Shown here in pieces: positions 13,261 through 22,951 of a DNA stretch of 64,000 nt. The stretch spans positions 446,614-510,613 of the forward strand of contig CAVOYO010000012.1 of the NCBI GenBank assembly GCA_963700695.1, read 5' to 3'. The position numbers and the translations under genes were made by a program. The DNA comes from an uncultured Acidobacteriota bacterium. GTDB taxonomy: Bacteria > Acidobacteriota > Vicinamibacteria > Fen-336. Below the pieces are notes generated by a model. The model worked only from the letters and a program-made list of their open reading frames with translations. It did not search any database and was not told the origin of the DNA. Positions within the stretch are counted from its first letter, which is position 1. The number at the start of each line of letters is the position of its first letter.

Positions 13261-15412
13261 GGACGGGAGCGTTGTCCTGGGTGAAGGCGAGCCAGTGGGG
13301 AGTGGTGAGGATCAGACGGCCCACGCGGGGGATCTCGCGAGCCTTGCCGACGTAGGGCTTCTTCTGGCCGCTCATCACCGCGTAGACGGACTCGTGGGCG
13401 CGGGTCGCCGACCCAACCAGCTCCGCGTAGGGGCGCTGGCAGACGTCGACGAACCCGATCTGGGAGTTCTCGCCGTCGAAGCGGCCGAGGACCTCCTGGT
13501 CGCTCAGGATGGAGTAGTGGGTCCCGACGAGGTTCGGGTTGGCCGCCGCCATCTCGACGTAGTGACGGTAGGCGATGCCGCGCTCGCGCTGTGAGTCCAC
13601 GCCCCGCCGGCCGGCCGAGGGGAGCCCGCGGTCGAGGGCCCCGAAGTGGAACTCGCTGATCATCACCGGCCGCCGGGATCGTTCGGCGATCTCTGCGATC
13701 GCCTCCGCGGGGGGGGCCATCTCGTACGCGTTGATGGTGAAGACGTCGAACACCCCGACCGCCTCGTAGAGGAGCTCGGAGGAGACCGACGCATAGCGCA
13801 TGCCGAGGTTGAGGTGATGAGGATCGACCTCGTTGCACTCGATCCCGGGAATGCCCACGTAGGCTCGGACCATCTCCTTGGAGAACTCCCAGAGATCCTG
13901 CCTCGCGATCTCGGAGCGGTCGTCGGCGCGGGCCACGGTCTTGCTCACCACGTCCTCGAACGATCTCAGCCCCAGGCCCCAGGCCACCGACCAGTCGGCG
14001 GCGTCGCCCTTGTACCGCTGGCTCAGCCAGTGGGCGAGCGCTCGGCGGGTGTCCGTCCCCGGGTGGGCCTCGAGCATCTCGGAGGCGATGTTGTCCGCGC
14101 CGAGCGCCCACTTCGGCTCGTTCTGCATGAAGTAGCCGATCAGGTTGGGGTCGTCGCGGTAGGTCGCCAGGTGCTGTGCCCACTCCCGAGCGGCGACGCG
14201 GAACTGCTCCGCGTAGACGTCGGGAAAGTCACGGTAGAGAAGCGTCTCCGTGGTGGGGTAGGGCGGCATCGGGATGACGTACGGCAGACCCGACTCCTTC
14301 CGGAACGCCGGGTCGGACCCGTTCCCGACGGTGTTGAATCGCCAGCTGGCGAGCCGCGATCGGGTCATGTCGGTCCAGTCCTCACGCCATCCGGGGCCAA
14401 AGGACCGGATCAGGTTGGCGAGACCGAACGAGTAGCCCTCGATGCCGTCCGGCCCCGAAGGCCCCCTCCACGCCTCCGACAGAGGTCCGCTCCTCGGCGC
14501 GAGAGGGCCGAAGAGGGGCTCGGCTCCCGGAACGACCGCGGCGGTCTCCCCGGGGCGCACCCCATCCAACCCGAGGCTGAAGAAGCCGTGACCCTCGGGG
14601 TCGACCAGCCACCAGCGGGTGCCGTCGTGGTGGGTGCGGAAATGGCCGGTGGCCTTGAAGGTCGTCTCGGTCGTTCCTCCCCGCGGGCACCAGGTCTCCG
14701 GGTAGGTGGCGCCCCGGTCCTCCTCGAGGGCAAACGTCAGGAAGGTTCCGAGGAAGGCGTCGCTCTGGATCTTGCCCTCCCACTCCCGGGCCACCCACTG
14801 CCCCAGCTCGTCGACCAGAGGCGTCCTCGGGACGTGGTAGCGCGGCTCCCGGCTCACGAGCCCGATCGTTCCGAGGTAGAGCGTCTGCGAAGCCGCGGTC
14901 TGCTTGAGCTGGATCCTGACGTGGTCGATCTCTTCCGGGGGGACCCGGTGTCCCCGCACCCTCCCCTGGAGGCGTCCCGGCGTCCGGGGGAGGAACAGGT
15001 TCTGGCCGTCGAGGACGGAGAGCGGGACCGCGAGGGTCGTCCTCAGGCCGGGGAAGAGCCCGAGAGAGACCCGGAGCCGGGCCTCGGTCTCGCCGGCGGT
15101 GAAGAAGTGCACGAGGACCTCGCCGGAGTGCTCCCCCTCGACGAGCGCCTCCATCGTCAGGAAGCGAGCCCGCGACCAGGGGAGCGAGCCCGGCAGGCGG
15201 AGGGCCGTGCCCTCGGGAGTCGAGGGGATCCGCACCGCGGGGCCGCCAACGAACGAGGGATCGCTGACGGCGGCGCCCCCGAGCCGCTCGGCCTGCGGGG
15301 TGAGCTCGGCTGGAGTCACCGCCGCCACGTCCGGGGCGGTGACCGCCGTGGGTCCCGCCGCCAACAACGCAGCGATCGTCAGCCCGCCGGTGCGCGTCCC
15401 GCGCATCACCAC
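13256..15412 (-). CDS. Secreted clan GH-A (beta/alpha)8 glycoside hydrolase (GH5/GH42-like)
   Basis: Intact 718-aa ORF with a signal peptide. The acid/base-type motif GYFMQNEPKW and the nucleophile-type motif VMISEFHFG are present. The family is not resolved. Confidence 0.6.
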   Translation of the reverse strand: MVMRGTRTGGLTIAALLAAGPTAVTAPDVAAVTPAELTPQAERLGGAAVSDPSFVGGPAVRIPSTPEGTALRLPGSLPWSRARFLTMEALVEGEHSGEVLVHFFTAGETEARLRVSLGLFPGLRTTLAVPLSVLDGQNLFLPRTPGRLQGRVRGHRVPPEEIDHVRIQLKQTAASQTLYLGTIGLVSREPRYHVPRTPLVDELGQWVAREWEGKIQSDAFLGTFLTFALEEDRGATYPETWCPRGGTTETTFKATGHFRTHHDGTRWWLVDPEGHGFFSLGLDGVRPGETAAVVPGAEPLFGPLAPRSGPLSEAWRGPSGPDGIEGYSFGLANLIRSFGPGWREDWTDMTRSRLASWRFNTVGNGSDPAFRKESGLPYVIPMPPYPTTETLLYRDFPDVYAEQFRVAAREWAQHLATYRDDPNLIGYFMQNEPKWALGADNIASEMLEAHPGTDTRRALAHWLSQRYKGDAADWSVAWGLGLRSFEDVVSKTVARADDRSEIARQDLWEFSKEMVRAYVGIPGIECNEVDPHHLNLGMRYASVSSELLYEAVGVFDVFTINAYEMAPPAEAIAEIAERSRRPVMISEFHFGALDRGLPSAGRRGVDSQRERGIAYRHYVEMAAANPNLVGTHYSILSDQEVLGRFDGENSQIGFVDVCQRPYAELVGSATRAHESVYAVMSGQKKPYVGKAREIPRVGRLILTTPHWLAFTQDNAPVL

Positions 15413-15414
15413 CG

Positions 15415-15993
15415 CTACTCGCGGACGCCGTCGATCGTGACCGCCACCCCCGTCGAAGGAACCGCCACTCCGCGGGTCGTGCCTTCGAGATCGCCCGGGC
15501 TGGGAATGGCGTCCCCGGTCCGGGAGACCCGGGCCACGATGTCCACCGGGCCCTCGAAGGCCATCCCCGCGACCATTGCGTGCCCCTCGGAGACCTCGAA
15601 GGCGAGCGGGAAGGTCGGGGCGTCCACTCTGCGGACGGCGAGGGTTGAGCCGTCTTTCTTCGCCATCACGTACAAGACGTCACCAGGCCCCACCGTGAGG
15701 TTCGCCGACACGGTGATGGTGCCCGAGACGCGGCTCGCGGAGCTCGTCGTTCCGCTCGGCGTCGCCGGCATCCCCTCGATCGGAGGATGGCCGGGCGGGA
15801 GGGCCGATGCGGCATCCCCCGAGCCGGGCGCTGCCGTGGTGGCCGCTCCTTCTCGTGAGCTCAGCGGACGCAAGCCCTCACTGGCGCTGCCCGGGGTCGG
15901 GGAGGGTGCCGGCGGCGGGGCCGACGAGCCGGAGCAGGAGATGGTGATCACGGCGGTCATGAGGCCGAGGAAGCATACGGCACGTGCAGTCAA
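15415..15993 (-). CDS. Lipoprotein with CcmI/CycH C-terminal-like domain
   Basis: A TTG start at 15993 overlaps the upstream stop (TTGA). The lipobox reads ...LMTAVITISC. The C-terminal block GDVLYVMAKK...PLAFEVSEGHAMVAGMAFEGPVDIVARVSRTGDAIPSPGDLEG resembles the CcmI C-terminus. Confidence 0.55.
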   Translation of the reverse strand: MTARAVCFLGLMTAVITISCSGSSAPPPAPSPTPGSASEGLRPLSSREGAATTAAPGSGDAASALPPGHPPIEGMPATPSGTTSSASRVSGTITVSANLTVGPGDVLYVMAKKDGSTLAVRRVDAPTFPLAFEVSEGHAMVAGMAFEGPVDIVARVSRTGDAIPSPGDLEGTTRGVAVPSTGVAVTIDGVRE

Positions 15994-16385
15994 GGCGTTG
16001 GGTCCTCCGTTGAGGGTGAGTTGGCGAGGGTCGCGGCCAGGAGCGCCGGCAGCTCCTTCACGAAGGCTCCCCGGGCGAGCACCCGGTCGCATCCGGCGGC
16101 CCGGGCCATCTCCGCCCGGTCCGCGTTGACGTGGCTGAAGAACGCCACCACCGGTGTCGGCGTCTTGCCCGCGGGCCGCTCCTGGCGCAGGGCGGCGACC
16201 GCCTCGGCCCAGTGCAGGCGATTGGAGTCGGCGTCGACCAGGACCAGCCGGCCGCCGTCGCGGACGCCGTCCACCAGCTCCGAGGGCCGTCGCACGGGCC
16301 GGATCTCCAGCGCGGAGCCCCGGGCCGCTTCCCGGATGCGGCTCAGGAACAGGAGGTCGTCCACGAGGGCCAGAACGTGGGGCAT
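15990..16385 (-). CDS. Stand-alone CheY-like receiver domain protein
   Basis: Starts at ATG 16385 (MPHVLALVDDLLFL...). Has the acidic pocket DD, then LVLVDAD and a conserved K (FVKEL). The rest of track ORF 15990..16922 is antisense to the rubrerythrin gene. Confidence 0.55.
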   Translation of the reverse strand: MPHVLALVDDLLFLSRIREAARGSALEIRPVRRPSELVDGVRDGGRLVLVDADSNRLHWAEAVAALRQERPAGKTPTPVVAFFSHVNADRAEMARAAGCDRVLARGAFVKELPALLAATLANSPSTEDPTP

Positions 16386-16427
16386 GGAATGGACAGTATA
16401 GCCATAATGGAGGAGAGGACGGCCCAC

Positions 16428-16853
16428 ATGAAGAGCCTGAGCGGAACGAGAACGCACGAAAACCTGAAGCTGGCCTTTGCCGCCGAGAGCCAGGCGAACT
16501 GTCGCTACATCTACTATGCGCGGACCGCGGATATCGAGGGCCACCCGGATGTGGGTGGTCTCTTCCGAAACACCTCGGAGGCCGAGACGGGCCACGCCTT
16601 CGGCCACCTCGACCTCCTCAAGGCCACCGGCGACCCTGCCACCGGGCTGCCGTTCGGCGAGACGAGGAAGAACCTCCTCGCCGCGGTCGAGGGCGAGACC
16701 CACGAGTACACGCAGATGTACCCGAGTATGGCCAAGACCGCCCGCGAGGAAGGGCTGCCGGAGGTGGCCGACTGGTTCGAGACGCTGGCCAAGGCCGAGA
16801 AGAGCCACGCCGGGCGGTTCACCAAGGCCCTGGAAGAGCTCGAGGACCTCTGA
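16428..16853 (+). CDS. Rubrerythrin-family diiron protein (no rubredoxin domain)
   Basis: [31 protein letters not shown]...[12 protein letters not shown]...AEKSHAGRF carries the ExxH diiron motifs. GGAGGAGAGG lies upstream. Confidence 0.85.
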   Translation: MKSLSGTRTHENLKLAFAAESQANCRYIYYARTADIEGHPDVGGLFRNTSEAETGHAFGHLDLLKATGDPATGLPFGETRKNLLAAVEGETHEYTQMYPSMAKTAREEGLPEVADWFETLAKAEKSHAGRFTKALEELEDL

Positions 16854-16920
16854 CCCACCTTGCAGCGGGTGCCGCCGGGCACTAAGCTTGGGGCTCAACC
16901 ACGACCGGAGAGGTGCAGTC

Positions 16921-17247
16921 ATGGCTCATGATGATGGTCACAGCGGCGCGTCGGGCGTCATCCTTTCGTTCCTGGTGGGTGCGCTGACCGGGGCGGCGGC
17001 AGCCGTCCTCCTCGCCCCGCGCTCGGGGCGAGAAACCCGCGAGATTCTGGGCGAGAGGTGGCGCGACGCGTCGGACCGGAGCCGCCACCTGCGCGAGCAG
17101 GCGATGCAGAAGGGGCGGGAGGCCGTGGACGAGGCCTCCGGCTACGTCGAGCGCCAGCGCGGAGCCCTGGAGAAGAGGCGGGACCGCCTCGCCGCCGCGG
17201 TCGAGGCCGGGAAGCAGGCCTACCGCGAGGAGAAAGAGAAGAGCTAG
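16921..17247 (+). CDS. YtxH domain protein
   Basis: An N-terminal TM segment with GALTGAAAAVLLAPRSGRETRE is followed by a charged coiled region. Confidence 0.7.
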   Translation: MAHDDGHSGASGVILSFLVGALTGAAAAVLLAPRSGRETREILGERWRDASDRSRHLREQAMQKGREAVDEASGYVERQRGALEKRRDRLAAAVEAGKQAYREEKEKS

Positions 17248-17253
17248 GGATCC

Positions 17254-17700
17254 ATGGAGACCTGGGGAGTCGCATTCCTCGGCGTCATCGCCCTGGCGCT
17301 GTTGGTGCAGGCCGGGTTCATGGTGGCCCTGGCGCTCGCGGGCATCCGCCTCGCCCGACGACTCGATGCGCTGCAGGCCCAGATCGACGGGCAGATCGCG
17401 CCTGCGCTCAAGGGCGTGGAGCGGATCAGTCGAAACGCGGCCGAGATCAGCGACCTCGCGACGGTCCAGGCGCGGCGCATCGACCTGCTCCTCGCCGACA
17501 CGATCGAGAAGGTCGAGGACACCGCGGCCGTGGTTCAGAGGCTCGTCATCCGGCCCCTGCGCCCCATCGCCCAGCTCCTGGCGATCCTGAGGGGCGTGCA
17601 GCGGGGCGTCGACGTGTTCCTCGACCTCGAGCGACGGGACCGGGCGCCGGCATCCCCACCCCGGCGCCACTCGGAGGACGACGAGCACCTGTTCATCTAG
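17254..17700 (+). CDS. Membrane-anchored coiled-coil protein (DUF948-like)
   Basis: One N-terminal TM segment and then a helical region. It is co-oriented with the YtxH gene, 6 nt downstream. Confidence 0.5.
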   Translation: METWGVAFLGVIALALLVQAGFMVALALAGIRLARRLDALQAQIDGQIAPALKGVERISRNAAEISDLATVQARRIDLLLADTIEKVEDTAAVVQRLVIRPLRPIAQLLAILRGVQRGVDVFLDLERRDRAPASPPRRHSEDDEHLFI

Positions 17701-17744
17701 AGATCCCTCACGCGTCGACCGGTCCGCGCGCTCGGAATGTCAGG

Positions 17745-19430
17745 CTAGGCGCTCTTGTCCCCGCCGCCGAAGAGGCGCCGCAGGATGCCTCCGGCCGCCG
17801 ACTCGTCCTCTGCGAGCTGAGCCGCCGCCATCTTGTGACCGGGGCGCAGCTCCAGGACCTTCTTGAACATCGCCTGGGCGCGGGTGGTGAGGCCGCCCGC
17901 CTTGTAGAGACGCCCGAGCTGGTAGTGGGCGTCGGCATTGGCCGGGTCCTCGCTCACCACCGCCTGCAGCGTCTCCACCGCCCGGTGGACCCACTTCGGA
18001 TTCTGGGCGTAGGCCTGGGCGAGGAGGATGCGCCCACTGTGCTGGTGACGTTGCTGCCGGATGTGCGGCACCGCGCTCTCGAGCATCTGGATGGCGTCCC
18101 AGTACCTGGCTCGGCCGAGAAGCTGCTGCGCCTGCCGAAGTGTCTGCTCCGGCGACTCGGATTCGCCGGGCTCGCCTTCGGTCTCCGGGGATGCCGCATC
18201 CTCCGGGCTCGGCTCGGACGGGGGCTTCGCCTCGGCGGCGGGGCGGACGAGGGGACCGAGGCGGGCCTCGTAGGCGGCCCGGCTCTTCTCGTTGCCCAGC
18301 ACCTCCCAGGCTTCGCCGACCCGGATGAAGATGGCCTCGAGCACGTCGTGCAGGTCCTTGAGGTGCGCGTCATGCCTCATGTCGGGGTGGTAGCGCTTGA
18401 CGAGGGTCACGTGAGCGCGTTTCAGCTCGGCGCTGGTGCACTCCCGGGTCAGGCCGAGGACCTGGAAGTGATTGCGCGACGGGAGGGACTGGAGGAGCTC
18501 GAGAATCTCCCGCCGCTCTGCCCTCTGCTCCGCGGTCATCTCCTCCGGCTCGGGTTCGTCGAACGGGATCTCCAAAGGCAGCGGCTCGTCGAGCGCGAGC
18601 GCGTCGGCTTCCGAATCACCCTGGGAGCCCGTCTCCGCCCGGGTCGCCGTCGGGGCGTCCTCGGGGCGAGGGTCCTGCGTGGCGGATGACTTGGCAGCAG
18701 CTTGGGTTGCAGGCTCCTCCTGGGGCTGAGGCCTGCTGCTGGGCCGTGTCCTCGGCGCGGGACCGGGCTGCCGGAGGACCCGGCCGGTCAGCACGAGTCC
18801 GACGAGGGTACGCTCGGCCTCATCCGGCTCCATGGGGACGAGCTGGAGGATCTCTCGCGCAGAGCACTGGCCGTCGATGCGCGAGAGCAGGTAGCCCTCG
18901 GTCAGCGTGAGGGTGCGCTGCTCCTCGGCGAGGGCGGTGGTGGTCACGAGGCGCTGGTCGAGATTGCCCAGCATCTCGCGGATCCTGTCGGCATCGAGAC
19001 CGCGCAGGGCCTCGAGGATCAGCGGCTCGGTGTCCCCGGCGATCGGGATCGCGTCCTTCGGCAGATCGGCGGCGGCCTCGAATGTGGCCGTCGCGGCGGC
19101 GTCGGACAGGGCCTCGACGAGCCGGTCGCGGGTGTCGCCGATGTCGGGGCGTTCGTCGACGCGTGCCGGCCAGGCTGGGCCGCGACGGAGGCCGACCTCG
19201 GCGAGGATCTGGTCGAGCTTCAAGCGGGCGGAATCCTCGGGCTCGGGCATCGCCTTCTTGCGCTCGGACGGAGGCGCGGGCTCGGGACAGATGCCGACGA
19301 GCTGACCATCCCGGAGGGCCACCCGCAGGGTCCCCCTCTCGGATTCGACGGAGAGTACCCCCGTGTTTCGAAGCCGATAGACCTCTCCCAGGAGGGGAAG
19401 CGCCTCGCACGCGGGGGACGAATCGCCCAT
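17745..19430 (-). CDS. DUF4388-like N-domain / J-domain / TPR protein
   Basis: Starts at ATG 19430. J-domain: NHFQVLGLTRECTSAELKRAHVTLVKRYHPD. C-terminal TPRs: ADAHYQLGRLYKAGGLTTRAQAMFKKVLELRPGH. Confidence 0.75.
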   Translation of the reverse strand: MGDSSPACEALPLLGEVYRLRNTGVLSVESERGTLRVALRDGQLVGICPEPAPPSERKKAMPEPEDSARLKLDQILAEVGLRRGPAWPARVDERPDIGDTRDRLVEALSDAAATATFEAAADLPKDAIPIAGDTEPLILEALRGLDADRIREMLGNLDQRLVTTTALAEEQRTLTLTEGYLLSRIDGQCSAREILQLVPMEPDEAERTLVGLVLTGRVLRQPGPAPRTRPSSRPQPQEEPATQAAAKSSATQDPRPEDAPTATRAETGSQGDSEADALALDEPLPLEIPFDEPEPEEMTAEQRAERREILELLQSLPSRNHFQVLGLTRECTSAELKRAHVTLVKRYHPDMRHDAHLKDLHDVLEAIFIRVGEAWEVLGNEKSRAAYEARLGPLVRPAAEAKPPSEPSPEDAASPETEGEPGESESPEQTLRQAQQLLGRARYWDAIQMLESAVPHIRQQRHQHSGRILLAQAYAQNPKWVHRAVETLQAVVSEDPANADAHYQLGRLYKAGGLTTRAQAMFKKVLELRPGHKMAAAQLAEDESAAGGILRRLFGGGDKSA

Positions 19431-19515
19431 ATCCAAGCGTTCTCTTCCTGGCGACTGCAAGTATAGCGCCTCCGGCTTGACTGGCGCTGTCGGGAGGGCA
19501 AGACTGCCCTCTCCA

Positions 19516-22500
19516 ATGACCCGGATACTCGTCGTCGACGACGACCCGATGGTCGGCAAGACCCTGGTCGACCTCCTGGGTCTGCACGACTTCCCGGCCA
19601 TCCGCGTGGAGTCGGGAGAGAAGGGCGTCGAGACGGTGGCCGAAGGCGGGGTTGACCTCGTCCTGCTCGACGTCCGTCTGCCCGGGATGAGCGGCTTCGA
19701 GACCTGCGCCCGCCTGCGCGAGGTCCACGGGCCGTCCCTGCCCGTGATCATGATGACCGCGTTCGGCGATCCGGTTGCGGTCCGACGCGGCTACGAAGCG
19801 GGCGCGGACGACTTCCTGAACAAGCCCGTCGACACCCCGGCCCTCATCCTCAAGGTGCGGGTCTTCCTGCGCCTGAAGTCGCTGCACGACGAGCTGGCCC
19901 GCAGCCGCGAGGAGGCCCAGGCCCGGGCCCGCGACCTCGCGCAGCTCCACGAGATCGGCCGCGACTGGTCCCTGATCGCCGAGCCGGCGGACTTCAACCG
20001 CATGCTGACGCAGCGCCTGGCCCGCCTGCTGGGGGCGCCCATCGTGGGCATCGCCCTCCACGATCCGACGACGCGCACCATGGAGGCGGCGCTGCCGGTG
20101 CACGGTCTCAGCGACGAGCGGTCGCTGGCCTTCCGCTACGTGCCCCGCCCGGAGTACCGCAGCCTGTGGAACCCGCGGAGCGGCCGGCCCTACGTGAGCA
20201 ACGAGCCCGGCTCGGACCTCCGGCTCGCCCAGGAGATCGCACTCCTGGCCGAGGCCCAGTCGGTCGTCCTGGTGCCCCTGCTGGCGGCGGGGGAGCTCAT
20301 CGGGCTGCTCGGTGCCGCCGACAAGCCCGGCGGCTTCACCGACGCCGACGTGCAGATCCTCTCGACTTTCGCCGGGCCCGTGGCGACCTTCCTGCGCAGT
20401 CGGCAGGCCTTCGATCGGCAGCGCCGCCAGGCCAGCCGCTTCGAACGGCTCGCCGCCCTGGTGGGGGACATGGCCGCGGTGTCGGGGCGCGCGCGCCTGC
20501 TCGAGCTGACGGTGGCCCGACTGCAGCGCGATCTCGGCTACGACTACGTGGCCTTCCACGCCCAGGGACCGGAGGGACTCCTGGCGGCCGAGGCGGAGGC
20601 CGGCAAGGTCGAGGCGCCGCCCAGGCCCGAGGCCCTGCGCTGGGCCCTGCGCCTCTCGGCGCCGCTCGAGGCGTCCCCTTCGGAGGCGGTGGCCGAGCTG
20701 GCGGTGCCGGTGCGGGCCGGCGGGCACGCGCTCGGGGTGCTGGTCGTCAGCCGGCGTCCTTCTTCGCCGTTCGACGAGGAGGAGACGAGCCTGCTCGCCA
20801 CGCTGGGCGGACATCTCGCGCTGGCGCTGCGGCGTGCCGACAGCGAGGCCGCCACCGAGCACCTCGCCCGTCAGATGGCGACCCTCTACGACCTCGGCCT
20901 GGAGACCGCCGCCCTGCAGGACCTGCGGGCCCTGTTCAGGCGGGCCACCGAGGAGTCGGGACGGCTCATCCGCGCGGATCACACCTCGGTCTTCCGCTAC
21001 GACGAGGCGGAGGAGATGCTCCGGCTCTTCGCGGCCTGGTCCCGTGAGCCGAGCGAGGCGGGGGAGCAGCCCTCTTTCCGGCTCGGAGAGGGCATCGCCG
21101 GACGCGTCGCCCGCGACCGGCTGCCCCTTCTCGTGAACGACACCGAGCGGCACGCGGACTTCGTCCTGCGCGACAAACCCGTGGCCCGGATCCTCTGCGT
21201 GCCCCTGACCCACTTCGACCGGGGGCGGGAGGCCTCCGTGCTCTACGGGGTCCTCAACGCCACCCGCAAGCCCGGCTCGGCTCCCTTCACCGACGACGAT
21301 CTCGAGTACCTCACGCGGTTCGCGGGCCAGCTGTCGATAGCGGTCGCCAACTCCGTGGCCTTCACCAGTGAGCGCGAACGAAGCGAGCAGCTCGCGCTCG
21401 TCAACGGAGTCCTCCGTGAGACCGCGGGCATGCTGTCGCGGGATCGCATCCTCGAGCCCGCGGTGCGGCGCATCCGGGAGGCCTTCCCGCACTCGCTGGT
21501 CGCCATGCTCGAGCCGGCGGTGGATTCCGGGCTGTTCCGCGTTGCCGCCGCCGCCTCGCGTGAGCCACGACCGGAGGGGTGGCCGGAGACGGTGGCGGCG
21601 GAGGGGCCGACCGGCCTCGCCCTCGCCGAGCGGCGGACGGTGGTCTCGACCGAGGGCGCCGCCCCCGACTTCTTCGCCCTCATCCCCGGGAGCCGGAGCG
21701 CCCTCGCGGTGCCGATCGTGTCGGGGGAGGAGGTCACCGCGGTGCTCTACGTGGAGAGCGACCGGGCCCGCGGCTTCGACCGTGGGCAGGTCATCACCCT
21801 GGAGACGCTGGCGGACGGGGTCGGGATCCTGCTGCGCACGGCCGAGCTGTACGAGACGCTCGAGAACACGAACGCCCGCCTCGTGGAGCTGGACCGCACC
21901 AAGAGCGAGCTCGTGAACGTGGTCGCGCACGACTTCCGGGCCCCGCTCGCCGCCATCCTGGGGTGGGCGGAGATGCTGGAGAGTCGCCCGGACGCCGACC
22001 CGGACGAGCGGCGCGAGCGGGCGCAGGCCATCGTGACCGGGGCCCGGCGCATGGCCGGCCTGATGGACCGGACGCTCGAGACGACGCGGCTGGAGACCGG
22101 ACAGTTCGCCTTCGAGTTCGGGCTGATCGATCTGGCCGCGGGTCTGCGGGAGGCGGCGGCGCGGTTCCCGTCGGATCCGGACCATCCACTCGTCGTCGAT
22201 GTGCCCGACGAGCCGCTTCCGTGCTGGGCGGATGGCGAGCGGATCGCCGAGGTCGTCGAGAACCTGCTCTCGAACGCCGTCAAGTACTCGCCCGACGGGG
22301 GGGAGGTCCGCCTCGCCGTCCGGCGCGAGCGGGAGACGGCGGTGGTGAGCGTGACCGACCAGGGGATCGGCATCGACCCCGAGAAGCTGGGGCTTCTCTT
22401 CCGGCCGTTCTCCCGCGCCCACGACCGGGTGGCCACCGGAATCGAGGGCTTCGGACTGGGGCTGTCGATCTGCGAGCGGATCACCCGTGCGCACGGCGGG

Positions 22501-22944
22501 GCCTTCGAGGTGGAGAGCACACCCGCAGAGGGGTCGACCTTCTCCTTCACCCTGCCCCTCTTCGGCGCGGCCGCTCAGTCGAGGGCGCCGGTCGTCGTCG
22601 TGGCCGCGGCCGACGCCGGCACCCGCCGGGAGATACGGCGCGTGGCGGAGGACCTCGGCTTCGCGGTGCACGAGGCATCCGACGGCGTCGAGGCGGTCGA
22701 GGCGGCGACGCGGCTCGTGCCGGCAGCGGTCGTGCTCGACCGGATTCTCCCTCGGCTCGGCGGAGAGGAGGTGGCGGAGCGGCTGCGCGCGCTCGAGGCG
22801 ACCCGGGGTGTCCCGCTCGTGGCGGTGGCCGAGGCCGCCGACCTGGGTGAGCGGGCGGGTCTCTTCCGCGCGTGTCTCGCCCGGCCGCTCGACCGGAAGA
22901 TGCTGGAGGCCGCGCTCGAAGGTCTGGGCGGGCCGGTATCCTAG
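19516..22944 (+). CDS. Hybrid sensor histidine kinase (REC - multiple GAF - HisKA/HATPase - REC)
   Basis: Intact 1143 aa. N-terminal receiver: MTRILVVDDDP...DLVLLDVRLPGMSGF. H-box: ELVNVVAHDFRAPLAAI. N/G boxes: NLLSNAVKYSP and GIGLGLSI. C-terminal receiver: VVVVAAADAG.... Confidence 0.85.
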   Translation: MTRILVVDDDPMVGKTLVDLLGLHDFPAIRVESGEKGVETVAEGGVDLVLLDVRLPGMSGFETCARLREVHGPSLPVIMMTAFGDPVAVRRGYEAGADDFLNKPVDTPALILKVRVFLRLKSLHDELARSREEAQARARDLAQLHEIGRDWSLIAEPADFNRMLTQRLARLLGAPIVGIALHDPTTRTMEAALPVHGLSDERSLAFRYVPRPEYRSLWNPRSGRPYVSNEPGSDLRLAQEIALLAEAQSVVLVPLLAAGELIGLLGAADKPGGFTDADVQILSTFAGPVATFLRSRQAFDRQRRQASRFERLAALVGDMAAVSGRARLLELTVARLQRDLGYDYVAFHAQGPEGLLAAEAEAGKVEAPPRPEALRWALRLSAPLEASPSEAVAELAVPVRAGGHALGVLVVSRRPSSPFDEEETSLLATLGGHLALALRRADSEAATEHLARQMATLYDLGLETAALQDLRALFRRATEESGRLIRADHTSVFRYDEAEEMLRLFAAWSREPSEAGEQPSFRLGEGIAGRVARDRLPLLVNDTERHADFVLRDKPVARILCVPLTHFDRGREASVLYGVLNATRKPGSAPFTDDDLEYLTRFAGQLSIAVANSVAFTSERERSEQLALVNGVLRETAGMLSRDRILEPAVRRIREAFPHSLVAMLEPAVDSGLFRVAAAASREPRPEGWPETVAAEGPTGLALAERRTVVSTEGAAPDFFALIPGSRSALAVPIVSGEEVTAVLYVESDRARGFDRGQVITLETLADGVGILLRTAELYETLENTNARLVELDRTKSELVNVVAHDFRAPLAAILGWAEMLESRPDADPDERRERAQAIVTGARRMAGLMDRTLETTRLETGQFAFEFGLIDLAAGLREAAARFPSDPDHPLVVDVPDEPLPCWADGERIAEVVENLLSNAVKYSPDGGEVRLAVRRERETAVVSVTDQGIGIDPEKLGLLFRPFSRAHDRVATGIEGFGLGLSICERITRAHGGAFEVESTPAEGSTFSFTLPLFGAAAQSRAPVVVVAAADAGTRREIRRVAEDLGFAVHEASDGVEAVEAATRLVPAAVVLDRILPRLGGEEVAERLRALEATRGVPLVAVAEAADLGERAGLFRACLARPLDRKMLEAALEGLGGPVS

Positions 22945-22951
22945 GGACGAC

